Of a stretch of 64,000 nt of DNA, positions 10,509-23,600 are shown piece by piece. The notes under the pieces were generated by a model that was given only the letters and a program-made list of their open reading frames with translations, did not search any database and was not told the DNA's origin. Made by a program: the position numbers and the translations under genes. Location of the stretch: NCBI GenBank assembly GCA_002633005.1, contig NMRA01000648.1, forward strand, positions 16,467 to 80,466. Direction: 5' to 3'. Position 1 is the first letter of the stretch. Every line of letters begins with the position of its first letter. Source of the DNA: Phoronis australis (taxonomy: Eukaryota; Animalia; Phoronida).

Positions 10509-13500
10509 TCACCTTCGCTTTTGTTTCACTTTTTTATCTTCAAGTTCAATATCCTCATCTTCATCAATCACTTCTTCAACAACAGGTGGCGCTTTTAATT
10601 GAGCCACCTCAATCTCGTCTTGACGATCAAAGTAATTTAATAGTTCTTCTTTCTCCTGAATTTCCAGAAGTCTCTGTTCGATTACTTTTCGCTTTTCATA
10701 AATTAGATATTTCTTGATCTGTTTGGTGAGTTCTTCCTGTCTTTTCCTATCCCATTCCTTGAAGAGCTCCTTTTGAGCTTGCATATCTTCTGCTTCTGAA
10801 CCGGGTAACTGAGACTGGACAAAATTGGTTAGTGTACTTTCAAGATCTTCACTGGAGATTTTCTGGGACTTTGACAAATTTTGATAGACAACCTGTAAAC
10901 AAATAACACAAAATTGAAAACAAAAGTAAAAATTGTTTTTGGAAGAACTTCAACATGCAGGAGTAAATCTCACGATAATCCTAAAGTACGTGTATACCAC
11001 AACTGCTGTGTTGCACGTGGCCCATTGGACACACTGCATACCATGAATAAGTTGGTTAGGAAAAGTGGTCAAATATATTGTGCGGTGATAAACTTTGCCA
11101 AGGTATTCAATAAATTAAAAAAAACTTGCTTTATCATAGACTCCAAAAAATTTAGGTGAATTGCAACAAGTTAAGAACCTAATGTAGAAATTTACCAAAT
11201 GGTTGCCATGTTTCAATTTACTATTAATAAAACAAAAATATTTGATTATAAAATCAAGAAATTCATTTTCCAAAAATAATGCCAATTGCAAGTTTTCAAA
11301 AGTCGACGGATCCCAATGGTACATTTGTTTGCAGAACACTTGAAATATGTGGTCGAGGGTGAATGTGACTGACTGGGACATCACATTGGTTTAATGAGAT
11401 TTGGTTAAACAAGGGTGAAGAGAGTTGTAATTTAGATATTCTACCAACGTATTAGAGACTCTTATCTTCAAAGTTGGCTGAATTTTTTAGATTATTGAAA
11501 GTTGATTTTAATTAATATGCCTATGGTTTACCTTGTTGTTTGACGCATAACATGACAATATTTTGATGCATGTATTATGGCCACTACAAGATAAGAACTG
11601 CCTTAAGTGAGATGGGCACATTTTCCAGCAAGTCTTTGTTTTGGTCACGCGCAGTTTACAGAAACCTGAAAAAGGTGAACATGACATACCTCAAATTCTG
11701 TGAGGAAGTTAGCCTTCTGTTCCTCAGATATCCTTGCATTCAGTCTCTCGTCGTCCAATGTCTGCATGCCGTGTTCCCTCACAATATCTTCTGTTTTGGC
11801 ATCGGCTTCTTCCAATGATTGTTTAAAGAACCTCAGCTGTGAAGGAAATGAGAAAAACTTGCAAAGCTATAATATCATTGATTAAAATGATTGATAATTT
11901 TCCAACAAAATAGGATGCAATTATGGCCAACTCACTGACACGCACACCCATGCAATACCTCTTACTCGAAGCAGAAAAGATGTTAAACAGGCAAACACAC
12001 TATAGACGTGAGAACCTCATGATCACGCAATTCTTCACAAGATATCCCCATGTATTACGAACGAAGCACACAATCCCACAGTCTTCCTTTGCGAGATTCT
12101 TGTGTATATGCAACTAAACTACGTTCCTGGGTTAATCAACAAGTCAAGGAGTTGATATAGGTCTACACTCACCTTCATCGCTAATTGAAATGGTACAATG
12201 TGTGCCCATTCTTTCAAATACCATCAGTTGTACCCAGTAGTCAAAATTCAAGTGAGATGTACTCCGCCCCGGACACACAATAACGAGTCTTGAGTTTCCA
12301 TAATTCTCAACTAATTCCAGAAAGAATGATTTTTCTGTGTCATATTTTGCCACTGGATGAGGGATTATTTCCAACGACATATTTGACATATCACAGATGT
12401 GGACCAATAAAAAGTTAAGTTTGCTTATAAGTTTTTAAGATATTAAAAATCTCCCACAATAGCAGTTTTCTCCATTGAAATAAGCTAACATCATATAGCT
12501 AACACTCACTGCTTCATCTGCTACAGTCTGTGAGTCTTTCAAGCTACGTAGCACCTCTAGGCCCTTGTCAAACTTGTTGTATAACCCCCAGCCAATCAAC
12601 TGCAGGTTTGTGCCCAACAATGAGTCATGTTGCTTAGCCGCCATCGCCAGTGTTTTTCCCAGCAACCATTTCTCACAGGTTATATGGAAATGGTCATCAT
12701 ACCATGGCTCAGTAACGTACTTCACTGGTATGAACTGCACTTCCTGAAAAGTCAACCAACTGAAAAAATTTACCTCAAACATAGGATTTTTCAAAGAATC
12801 CGATGTTCAGAATAAAAGGTATTCAAAGTCAGCAGTTCAAGGGCTAGCAAAATCCCTAACAATTCTTTGCCATAAAGCAGGTATTTAATCCTGGTTATTT
12901 GGTACCTAAGCAAAATGGTCAATTCTGAGTGTCTTTGAGGAATAAGTATTTTTTTAACAAATAGTTGTGGTAAAATATTCTGCTTCAGTTAAACCAAGCT
13001 AGTCCAATAACCGAGGAGCTACTATGGAGCCTGTGGGGAGCACAGACCTCCAAAAGAGATCAATGGAATCTACCTTAGGGCACTTCATAAGTTAGGGCTG
13101 ACGTGCAGTCAAGCGAAACTGGCAAGCTACAGAATGGAACTAAGAAGAGAATGCGAACATGTCTTTCAATTGGTCAGCCGTCAATGGCATCGACTCACAC
13201 GTCTACATCTCGAACGTCTCACCTCGTCCTCCTCGGATGCTGTCTCTTGTTCTTCCACCGCACCTTCGCTTGTCAACAAGTGCTTTGCTTGCATGTAGCT
13301 TGCATAGAGACATAGCAGATTACTGCTACGCAGGTGCAGCATATCCTGCAGCATCAGGTCGCAGGCCACTTTACTGGCAGCTGCAACATTATGCAACCCA
13401 ATGATTATTGTGCAAAGTAATACGTGGAGTAGGAATTAAATGTTTTGCAGGCAGTGGGTGCTCCAAACACGCAAAATAAGGCATGTATTGTTTGTATAAC

Positions 13501-16500
13501 TAAGATAAAACATTAGTCAAGAGTAACTTGAGTTAATTCATTTTACATTCTCAATGCAATGTTACAGGGAACTAATGGTAAGCTGGTTCAGGAATAACAA
13601 AGTTTGTTTGACAGTAGGCAGAAGTTACAGAAAATGCCAAACTGGTCAATTGCAGATGAGATTTTTTTTAGTTTTGGCACCTAACACAGCCCCTGTGCAC
13701 TTACTGAGAATTTTTAAACAAAACCTGTAGCGCCAAAGCAGAGGACAATTAAAACAAACTGTTTCTACGTTTTCTACAATAGAAATAAATATTTGATATG
13801 AACCACAGAAGCAGTAGTTGAATGAGAAATGCTTGTCTTGTGAAAGAATGTCTGTAAGAGTAAAAAACGTTTTTTTGAAATTAAAGAGTTAAATGTGACA
13901 CTTTTCTTAACTTCAGCACCTTGCAATAGAAAATTTTGGAATTATTAGAGTTAAACAAAATGTGGTTAGTAAGTAACATCATCTTCTGGTATTCAGGGCA
14001 TTTTTGTGAACACCACATAAATCCTTGTCAAAGATCTAGCCGTTAAATTCCAGAAATTCCATGCAGCAAATCACCACACTGGATTTCAATGTCACTGTCG
14101 GGGGAAAAAACAGGGGGACATTTTCACGTGTAGCAAGTGAACGAATTAGACGGTACTCAGCTATCTTAGATTATGACTACATATTTTGAATAAATCATTG
14201 AAACTTTTGAATATTCAAGTATACCTGCGAAATCTCTAGCCTCAATGAAATGGTCCAATAGCAGGTTGGCACTGTACGCATCTGGGAACAGACCATAACC
14301 AATCTGCAACAAGATAAATCTAATGAATGCATCATTTGAAAACTTGAGCTGGCTAATGGTAAAACTTCATTGTGTAATGACAGTATTCAATATTTAAGTT
14401 ACCAACACACAGATTCAAAGCACATCCTACGAACCAATTAGCTTGAGTTTTGGCCATTTGCTGGCACTGAACAAATTAAAGCAATTAGAGTAGAGTCATC
14501 GACTCGTTTTCGTTTCACTATTTTTAATATAGGTAGTCGTCAGATTTCACAATACTTGAATTTCTCAGTTCACACATCCCATCAGTTTTTGTTAGGAAAA
14601 TGGTCTAGGAAAAAATTGGATTTCAAACAGTTGGGCATAAAATATAAGTTTGAACATGTGTTTCAAAAAGTTAGAGGTGGCTATGAATACCAGGTAGCAC
14701 CAAATCTTCAAGTTAGAGGTAGCTATGAATACCAGGTAGCACCAAATCTTCAAGTTAGAAGTGGCTATGATTGAATACCAGGTAGCACTAAATCTTCAAC
14801 AAATATGTCCTGCATAACTATGACCACGCAAAGACAAATTGTAGAATCTAATCTGTAGATTTAAACACAACCAAGTGTCACCTTATCGCCAATCAGTGGA
14901 AGGAGCCTGCTGGCCTGGTTCATCTTCAGGTATTCTCGCACTATAGCTGAGTGGGTGGAGTCTAACACATGCAGTGCATCCTGGGTATGACGGAATCTAC
15001 AGAGCAGAAGAACCTTATTTTATCCTTTACCTCTCATCTCAGTTTGAAAAGTTTTAAACAGTTGGGTGCCAACGGTTGGGCACTGACATTACCTGAAATC
15101 TATTCTATGGACTCGCTAAGACCGTGCTTCATTTGACCAATAAATATCAATCATCCTTTACTCATCTTAGCAAAAAATAAGCCAGGGGTGTATTACACAA
15201 CAAGCCATCTTTGGATGGATAACACAGGTAAAGGAAAGAGGCCAACAAGATAAGCTCCATGAACAGGGTTGTTTGGAGCTAAAAGTGAGTTTATGATTGA
15301 ATGCTTACGCCCACAGAGTAATTACTGCCCAATGCTCTAACTGAGACCACTCAGGATTACACTGGTAAGTAATCAGTGCCCAATGCTCTAACTGAGACCA
15401 CTCAGGATTACACTGGTAAGTAAATGTGTCCACCCTAACTTAAGAAGATTGCAAACACTTTCAGTAAATGAGGTGTAACTACACTTCACACAATTTTATG
15501 CATTAAGTTGACTGTTTTTGATAGTTCACTATAAAAACACCACATTTAATATTGAAAACTGCGCAAAGGTTGAAAAAAAACAACTGAAGGTAATTAATGG
15601 ATGGAAAAAATATCACTCTATGTCAGATGTACGTCTACAGTCATGTGTATATTTCAGATGGGAGACTAAAGTTTCAAAGCATTACCTGTACAGCATTTCC
15701 TCAACAAAGTCCAGCTCAACCACTGTCACCTCTGAAAGCCTGTTCACAAGCTGAAAAAACAAACTCTCTGATCACAGATATCACTTAGCGGATGTTCATG
15801 CATGCAGCTTGTAGTTTACCTTTGTTATTCATACAATTCGACCACTCAACACTTCAGTCCAGTCAAGGTTGAGTGACTCAGTACAGAAAAATGCAGGAAT
15901 TACTGGTGTGTACTAATGTTTAATAAATGAAATCTTAATTTTGGTTGGTATTTTCAATTTCTGGCAATAAAACTTGTCGGGAAAGTATGTATTATATAAT
16001 GCCTTGTTTGTTTAATGATAGCCCTTTTATTGAAGACAGAATCATCTTACTGGGCACGAGAGCTATTAATTCAATAAAATAAATTAAAACCGCAGTTTAA
16101 ACATCACGGAAACAATCACCGCATTCTAAAGATGAAGGTCAGAAATTTAAGAATTTTGAATTTACTAGAAACACTGGACCAATATTTTGGGTGATAAAGT
16201 CAGTAATAATGTGAAGGACAATTTTTTGTCTATTTTAGTTAAGAAAATTAAACTTAGATGAAATGCATGATAAATTTTAGTGATGTGAAGGCTTTCAGAG
16301 TGGTTAAATGCCTTGCAATGTTGTCTACTGCTCTATGTACAGCAATAGTGATAGGCAAAAGTTAGATGCGACTGGCGATATCACAGAAGACATGGCACAT
16401 AATGAGGAGACTTTATTTCAGTTTCATGTGTGGAATGCTGTCACCATATGCCAGATGTGTAGTGTAGTTCTACACAGAGCCATGGCATGCTGTCACCATA

Positions 16501-19500
16501 TGCCAGATGTGCAGTGTAGTTCTACACAGAGCCAAAACACTAGCACTGAGCCAGAGAATTGAGAGGTTATCCACTCAACTTTCCACCAAGTTAGAACATG
16601 CATCTCCAAAAGTACTACTGTATGATGCTTGTTTGTTTGCATATCATGAATCTCAAAATAATAATCAACAATTATCAAACATACATTGCCAATATCCCAT
16701 GTAATTACCAATCCAGACTTACAATGTCAATGTCGACAGCATTCACTCGTGACTCCGCTTCAAATTTTTCATGCAACTTGAGACAGAAGTCATCTAAAAG
16801 AAAATTTCAGAGACGTCAGAAGATGACGATAGGGGAATCGTGACACAAAAAGACAAATGGTATGAAAATGTTAAGTACAGTACTCCATATCTGAAGTGTC
16901 TTCTTTACTTAGGATACCAGCTAACCACTCACTGCCAATGTAGTAATTGGCACTTGACAAAAATACCACCTTGGTAAATGGATGGCAGAAAATTCCCATC
17001 ACAAGTACAATGCCATTCCCAAAATGTTGTTCAAAATACTTAAAGCTGCAGTTAGCCCTGTTTATCAAAGTAAAAAAAGCAAAACCAATTGGGACGTTTC
17101 TCCTATAAGTTGGTCTTAAAATATTCCTTTTGAAGATAGGTTTCTATGATATGAACAAGAACATGGAGACCATTAGCAACTTGAGAAAACGCTTCGGAGT
17201 TTAGTGGGATGGTCCAACAAGGAAACTGCGAATTTGTAATTTGTGTACATGTGACTGGAGTAGGTAATGGAAATTGAATCCAGTTATGATAAGGAATACG
17301 AAACCGACTTAATGAGGGTAAAATGCCCAATTCGATTTCCATTTTTAGCCCACTGAATATGAGGGCAAAATTTAGCTTTAACATGTGAGCAGATAAATGT
17401 TTAAAGGGTAATCGAAATCCAACTGCCAAAATTGAACATTACACATTCTTGGTATAGTGAAAACCACGACCGTACTTTCACAATGAGCGATACAATACCT
17501 GGAACAACCTGTGACATGAGCGGTGAAGACAGACGATCTTGCCACACTTCATTACATCCATAGGCGTCTGACAGCAGTGTTCGTTTTTCTGTGAAGAATA
17601 TGATATAGATATGGACCATAAATATTATGTCATATGTGTACGTATTATTAGAAGCCAGCATGGGTGAAAATTATTCAAACTGACTACTGATTGCACAGGA
17701 TATGTCATTTTTGTAGTCAAATCTGTGGGCAAAAACATGTCAGATTCAAATCACCAACTCAAAATAGTGTAACAATGCATATTTCAAGGCCTTAAAATAA
17801 ACTAAAATAATTTTAAAGTACCAGCTTTCTTACAGAAACATTGGGGTTTTTATTGACCATTCCCGAAAGAAACATAGTAAATATTGACCACATAAGCCAT
17901 ACATCGTAAAATTCACTAAACAGCCTGGCCCTATCGCCTTCTAAGCAAGAGGCATGACCATGAAAAAAACATTGTTTTTTAAGCACCCATGGCAAGAACA
18001 CACTCTCTCCCTGTCCTATTTGATACTAAGTAGTCTTTTGTTGCCTGTTCTGTACCAACAGGGTGACCCAATATAGGGGTATGAAAATAATACATCATGT
18101 ATCATTTGTCATGCTAAGTTAGGCAATGCTCGGATCATCAATAGTAAATTTAAGCTAATTTGCTGAAGGAATGGTTATATTAATTCCAAATCACATTGAT
18201 TGTAGTTATTCCCTGATTTGTAAATAGGATCTAGACCAGGAAGTAGCAAACCAAACAGTTAATGAAAGAAATTATTATCTGAAATTTAGTCATCAGCACC
18301 AACTTTCAACACACGCTTATTGAAAAGTTTAGGGATACAGTGTGCGAACTCATAGCAATCTTGGTTTTCATAGTTTTATGAGACAGACGTTTAGATAAAA
18401 ATTTGCATGACTGTCAAAATTTGGCAGTTGTTTGGCACCATAATTGTTCATATAAACGGAAAACTGAGTAGTTTTTATTTGTCACTAGTTATAGACATTA
18501 AGTTTTACAAGGATTAGCTATCATTCTAAAACAGTAATTCTAACACAGTTGCAGGAGTATCACCCGCAACGACTTCAGAAATTACGAAAGGGGTAGGATT
18601 GTGCTGAATAAAAAATACCAGAAAAAAATACTTTTCAAAATATTCTTAAAGTCATTCATTAATGAAATATATCTTCTCGTGATCTACTGCATGGCATTTT
18701 TGAAGTTGCAAATTATATCAATAAATTATGTCCACATCAACAACGGTGGCAATGTTTATAAGTGCAGTTTCATGATAAGAGGTTCTGAGGTGAAATCCCA
18801 CTAGCAGTCACTGCTAAACTCTTGAGTATGGCATCTTGCGCCATACTATAGTTCACTTTGTATTCTTTGTATCATGAGTCATATTACTACAGCTACTATT
18901 ATTACTAAAGTCACAGGGGAATGGCATTTTTCATTTTTTCGATCAACTTTTTACGTCACAAGATTTGCACTAGACACTTGAAGCAAGTGCTCCCACTTTA
19001 AATAGCAACTGTAAATAGTCAAAACCATCATTTGAGAGCTCAATGTTCCTAAACGACCCAGAGTCTGATATGTTTGATATAATTTTGAAGTTCATTTCAT
19101 GTGCATGCGATTTTGGCTCCCGGTCACATTGGAAATTTAAGTTGTTCAAGTACAATAGAATAGAATAGGAAAACAAATGAAAATTAACGATCATACTGTA
19201 AATTTATTTTCAACACTTTTTACTATTCTTTGATTAAATTCGATGACGGTTACCAAAATCGAACAAAAGGCAACACAAGAGTTAATTACATTCAAAACCG
19301 CAGAGTATTTGGTTTGGGACAGGCACCTCTAGTAGATGTGGTTGCAGGAAGTCATATGAGTATCAGTTAGCCACTTGATAACGGGCGATTGCCTATTGGA
19401 TGAATGATTACTGTAACATGCTTACTGCCTTGTTGGTTTTATAGTGGGTCACTGGTTGGATTCATGGGTCAGGTGTTCTGTGCAATTACTGCTAACTGGT

Positions 19501-20310
19501 TCAGATGAAGATGGACGATACATTGGTGAAGCACTGCTCACTGGCACCCGCAGACGTCCTATTCCCTAGCGCAACCAACATCAAAGCACAAAAACCTTCC
19601 CAAAAAGCTGATGCGTACTGCCGATTTGTCACGGAAGGTCACCACATCAAAAATTCCACTTTTAGCCACACCATTTTGTAACCATAACTCGTCATATAAT
19701 TACGTAATGACTCCTGTGGCCGTGGGATACATTGTCAATGTCATTGACAGTATGCAGCAGCTTTTTTAAGTAGAATTTTGTGCTTTGACCACATGTTTGT
19801 TGCGATTTTGCTGGAGCAGGACACTTTAAATGCTATCAGATGAAATAACAATCGATCATGGTTCGATGAACCCTGTTCTGTGTAAATTTATTGAGTTTTG
19901 TGTTTAATTAATGGACGGCTGAAGTGAAGCACGCGGAATTCCTTGCCCGAGTGCCAAACCTTGTAGTATATATTATATGTATATGTATATGTATATATAT
20001 AGTGCATTGATGACGATCAGAAGCTGAGGACGCATGTGTAGCTAACGGGCCATTGCCTATTACCGCATACTAGTATTAGTAAAGCTGAATCAGTGAATGC
20101 AGAATGGTCAGCACGCTCGCCGGTTTTATGGGAATAGCAGGTTCGATTGCCGGTCGGGTGACCTCGGCTATTACTACAAAATGTACGTGAGTATAGGTTT
20201 CAAGCAAGACATAATGCATTAATTAAATTCAAGGACTTACCACATGTCTTTAAAATTCTTTGTGACACAGAAAAATGTTTACTGCACAATTTCCACAAGC
20301 GAGCGGCCAT
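10509..20310 (-). CDS. MRPS27: Mitochondrial small ribosomal subunit protein mS27 (PPR protein), complete, 10 exons, 470 aa
   Basis: Exons (5'->3') 20310-20241, 17588-17499, 16793-16723, 15750-15686, 14996-14882, 14303-14225, 13380-13223, 12743-12510, 11836-11690, 10892-10509; phases all compatible (1413 nt). Basic transit-like N-terminus MAARLWKLCSKHFSVSQRILK; motifs RTLLSDAY, LYRFRHT, DKIGYGLFPDAYSANLLLDHFI, LLGKTL match the mS27 family; AATAAA on minus at 10401-10406. Confidence 0.92.
14668..14799. repeat. 42-bp tandem repeat x3
   Basis: AAGTTAGAGGTGGCTATGAATACCAGGTAGCACCAAATCTTC repeated three times in an MRPS27 intron. Confidence 0.9.
15326..15423. repeat. 51-bp tandem duplication
   Basis: TGCCCAATGCTCTAACTGAGACCACTCAGGATTACACTGGTAAGTAA occurs twice. 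Confidence 0.9.
16435..16533. repeat. 52-bp tandem duplication
   Basis: ATGCTGTCACCATATGCCAGATGTG(T/C)AGTGTAGTTCTACACAGAGCCA occurs twice. Confidence 0.9.
20092..20165 (+). mobile_element. tRNA-like SINE head remnant
   Basis: GCAGAATGGTCAGCACGC (A-box-like) ... GGTTCGATTGCC (B-box-like); no complete cloverleaf. Confidence 0.35.
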
Positions 20311-20698
20311 TTTTGACACTTCGGTTAGCGTCTTCAAACCCTAAAGAGTTTCAAACAAACAAGCTGAGGAACCGAAATTGACAGTGTATTTTGCTTTCGA
20401 ATGGCACTATAATACAAAAAGCCGCTGAATGTTCAAATTATGAACCGTGCACAGGTAGCCCTCGACCATATACTATAATCTTTATTATAGTGTATAGTTG
20501 AGGGCTGGTCAAAGGTGCCTGTGAACCGTGTAATCACAAAGAACATCTTGGGTTACTACATGTCACATGACTACGCACGTGGTCACATGACTTGCAGGTC
20601 CACTTGTGAGCTTTCATCGACTCATGCGGCAGCGGATATTATACTCTTCGTACACAGTATACAGAAGTTGCTGCGCGCCCGTTGTTTGGAAAAGAAAC
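20311..20698. promoter_or_regulatory. Bidirectional promoter region MRPS27/CNDP2
   Basis: Divergent ATGs at 20310 (-) and 20699 (+); GTCACATGAC at 20562-20571 and 20582-20591, CACGTG at 20576-20581; YY1-like AAAATGGCCGC over the MRPS27 ATG; hairpin at 20457-20506. Confidence 0.8.
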
Positions 20699-23600
20699 AT
20701 GTCTTCAAAGTTCGACCAGAGCAAGCTGTTCAAGTGAGCTTTCCGATTTCCCTTTTTAACACGCAGAGTCAAAGATCGTAACATGTACTTGTATTTTATA
20801 TTTTTAGCCCATCCACAAGCTGTAAGTGTAACTGTAATGAATTAATTTTCACTTTCATTTTTGTGCTGATGAAATGAAACTGACGTTCCCGTTCTGTGTT
20901 CCGTCTCTAGATACATTGACGACAACCAAAGTCTGTATGTGAAGAGGCTAGCTGATGCAGTGGCCATTCAGAGTGTTTCTGCCTGGCCAGAGAAGCGTCC
21001 AGAGATCCAACGCCAAGTGGAGGAGGTGGCTAAGGTGAGGGCACTAGTCGGATATAGTGGACCCTATCTTATTCCAAATAAATCCACTAAATGTGAGTCT
21101 AAATGAATGATTTCGATATCGTTGCATTCCTCAGACATCTGGCTATCCGTACATATCCACCTTACAACCATCAATTACTCCGGCTATAACTACGCTATTC
21201 CAAACTCGGTCCAATTTAGCCACACGTATTGTCAAATCGGCAGCCATTTCAGGGAACTTACTATACCTAGCGCCATCTATCAGCGATATGCTACAGCAAT
21301 GCTGTTGATGTGCTAGCAGTGAAAGGCATTCTGTTCGGTTAGGAACGTTGAATGCGCGACACAGTGCGAGAACGCGGTCCAAGGATAATACTAGTCTGAA
21401 GGAGGATAATAGTTTTATTACATACTCTTCTGCTGATACTACTGAGTCTGTTACAATCCATGCGATCATACACTTATATAGAGACATACATGAATCATAA
21501 CAGGATGTACTGAACAAACATGTTTACTACAATTCCTCATGTTGGGGGTGTATTACATAATTCTTAATTCTCTGAACTACTCCTACACATGCACTCACTG
21601 GGATATGAGATCATACTCTAACAATGCGTGTGGCTAAAATGGACTGAGTTCGGAATAGTGTAGTTATACAACGGAGTAATTGAAGGTAGATGCATGGATA
21701 CGTACGGTTAGCCAGATGTCTGAGGAATGCGACGATATCAAAATCATTCATTTAGACGCACATTTAGTGGATTTATTTGGAATAAGTTAGGGTCCATTAT
21801 ATCCGACTTAAGTGCCAAGGTGAGTGCTTCAACAGACTATTGGTCATCAAAGGAAACACTGAAGACTGAGACACAAACATTCCAATGTAGCCATGATGGT
21901 GAATGTTGTAACAGTGACTATGAAGCTCATGGTTTCTCAGTGTTGGTCCTTCTTGAAAAGGTATCGTAAGAATCCTACATTGACACCCTCACCGGTCCAC
22001 GATTGGGCAACTCCACCGGTTAATTTGCATATCTCAAAATCTGATGTAATCAAAAGTCCCGTTTCCACGAAAAAAGTTGACACTGAACAACTTACAGGGA
22101 ACTAGATGATTGGGCGCAAGTATGTGTGTAAACAGAACAGACACAGAGGAAATTGGCTGTTAGAGAGCAAATCTGTCCACAATCATCTTGTGCCCTATCA
22201 GCATCTAAACACGAAACTGGGAATAAGTTTTCAAGGGATCATCTCTATTGCGCTTCTTCAATAGTGTAAACACGTGGGATCAATGTCTATAATTTGCCAG
22301 TCAGCTGTTCAGTTCCTTGTCTTTAACTTTAACCCTAATAGTCACTTGTCCTCACCAACATGCTGAAATGCCGTACGGAATGAACTGGGATTCATCAGTA
22401 ATAAGGAGTTGAATTTCAATTAAAAAATAGTAAGCTTCTGCTATTTTCAGTCAACACATTAACTGCTGGTGGTGGCGACAGCAACGGTGATGATGAACCG
22501 ACTCTTGCAATTTGCAACTTTGTGCATGCGCAACCCATCTGCTTGCCTGCAACTTCCGTCTTATCACCATTTCTGAGCTGTCAGTAAACGACTGCTTAAC
22601 ACCGATCATCTTGCACCGTGTCAAATGTCAATGTTTAGATGGGACCAAAGGCACCACACAGTTGTAGGAAAATACATCNAGTCACTTGTCCTCACCAACA
22701 TGCTGAAATGCCGTACGGAATGAACTGGGATTCATCAGTAATAAGGAGTTGAATTTCAATTAAAAAATAGTAAGCTTCTGCTATTTTCAGTCAACACATT
22801 AACTGCTGGTGGTGGCGACAGCAACGGTGATGATGAACTGACTCTTGCAATTTGCAACTTTGTGCATGCGCAACCCATCTGCTTGCCAGCAACTGCCGTC
22901 TTATCACCATTTCTGAGCTGTCAGTAAACGACTGCTTAACACCGATCATCTTGCACCGTGTCAAATGTCAATGTTTAGATGGGACCAAAGGCACCACACA
23001 GTTGTAGGAAAATATATCACCTCTGAGTGCCACGTGCTGCTGAAATTACCATTCTCTATAGATAATCAGATTCATCATAAACACATTGGGGTGAAAAAAA
23101 GTATATTTTGAATTTTGGTTTTCTAAAATTTTTTAATAGCATACTTGGATAGTTCATGCAAAGTACACCTTGTTTGGTTTTTGAATTTTAGAAAATAGAA
23201 CAAGAAATGTGGCTGTTAGAATCTAAAACTTTTGTACAGTGTTGCATTCTGCTCCTCATTAATTCCTCTGGTTATGCGACACAATTGGGTCAATTACCAA
23301 ACCAGCAGGCAACAGTTTGACTTTGAGGTAAGCTATGTGTCATCGCACAATTCAGGCCACTACCTTTTGATTTTGTGTGTTTACTCTTAAAAAACTCGAC
23401 GTTTTTGAAATTGAAGTTTGACAAACTCGTGTTGATATAATTTCTGACGACAAGCAAGATTTAGTTGATGTTTGTTCAAGCCTGATACTGGACAGATCAA
23501 ATGATATGCACGCAGTCTTCAACCTGCTGGTTAATGCTCAACAAATTACTGAATCAACTTAACATAGGTCAGTAACTAGTTGATAATTTGTAAGCTTGCA

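Noticed and set aside
22487-22576. C/D-box snoRNA-like spacing (GTGATGA ... CTGA)
   Set aside because: No terminal stem or recognisable rRNA guide; such short boxes occur by chance.
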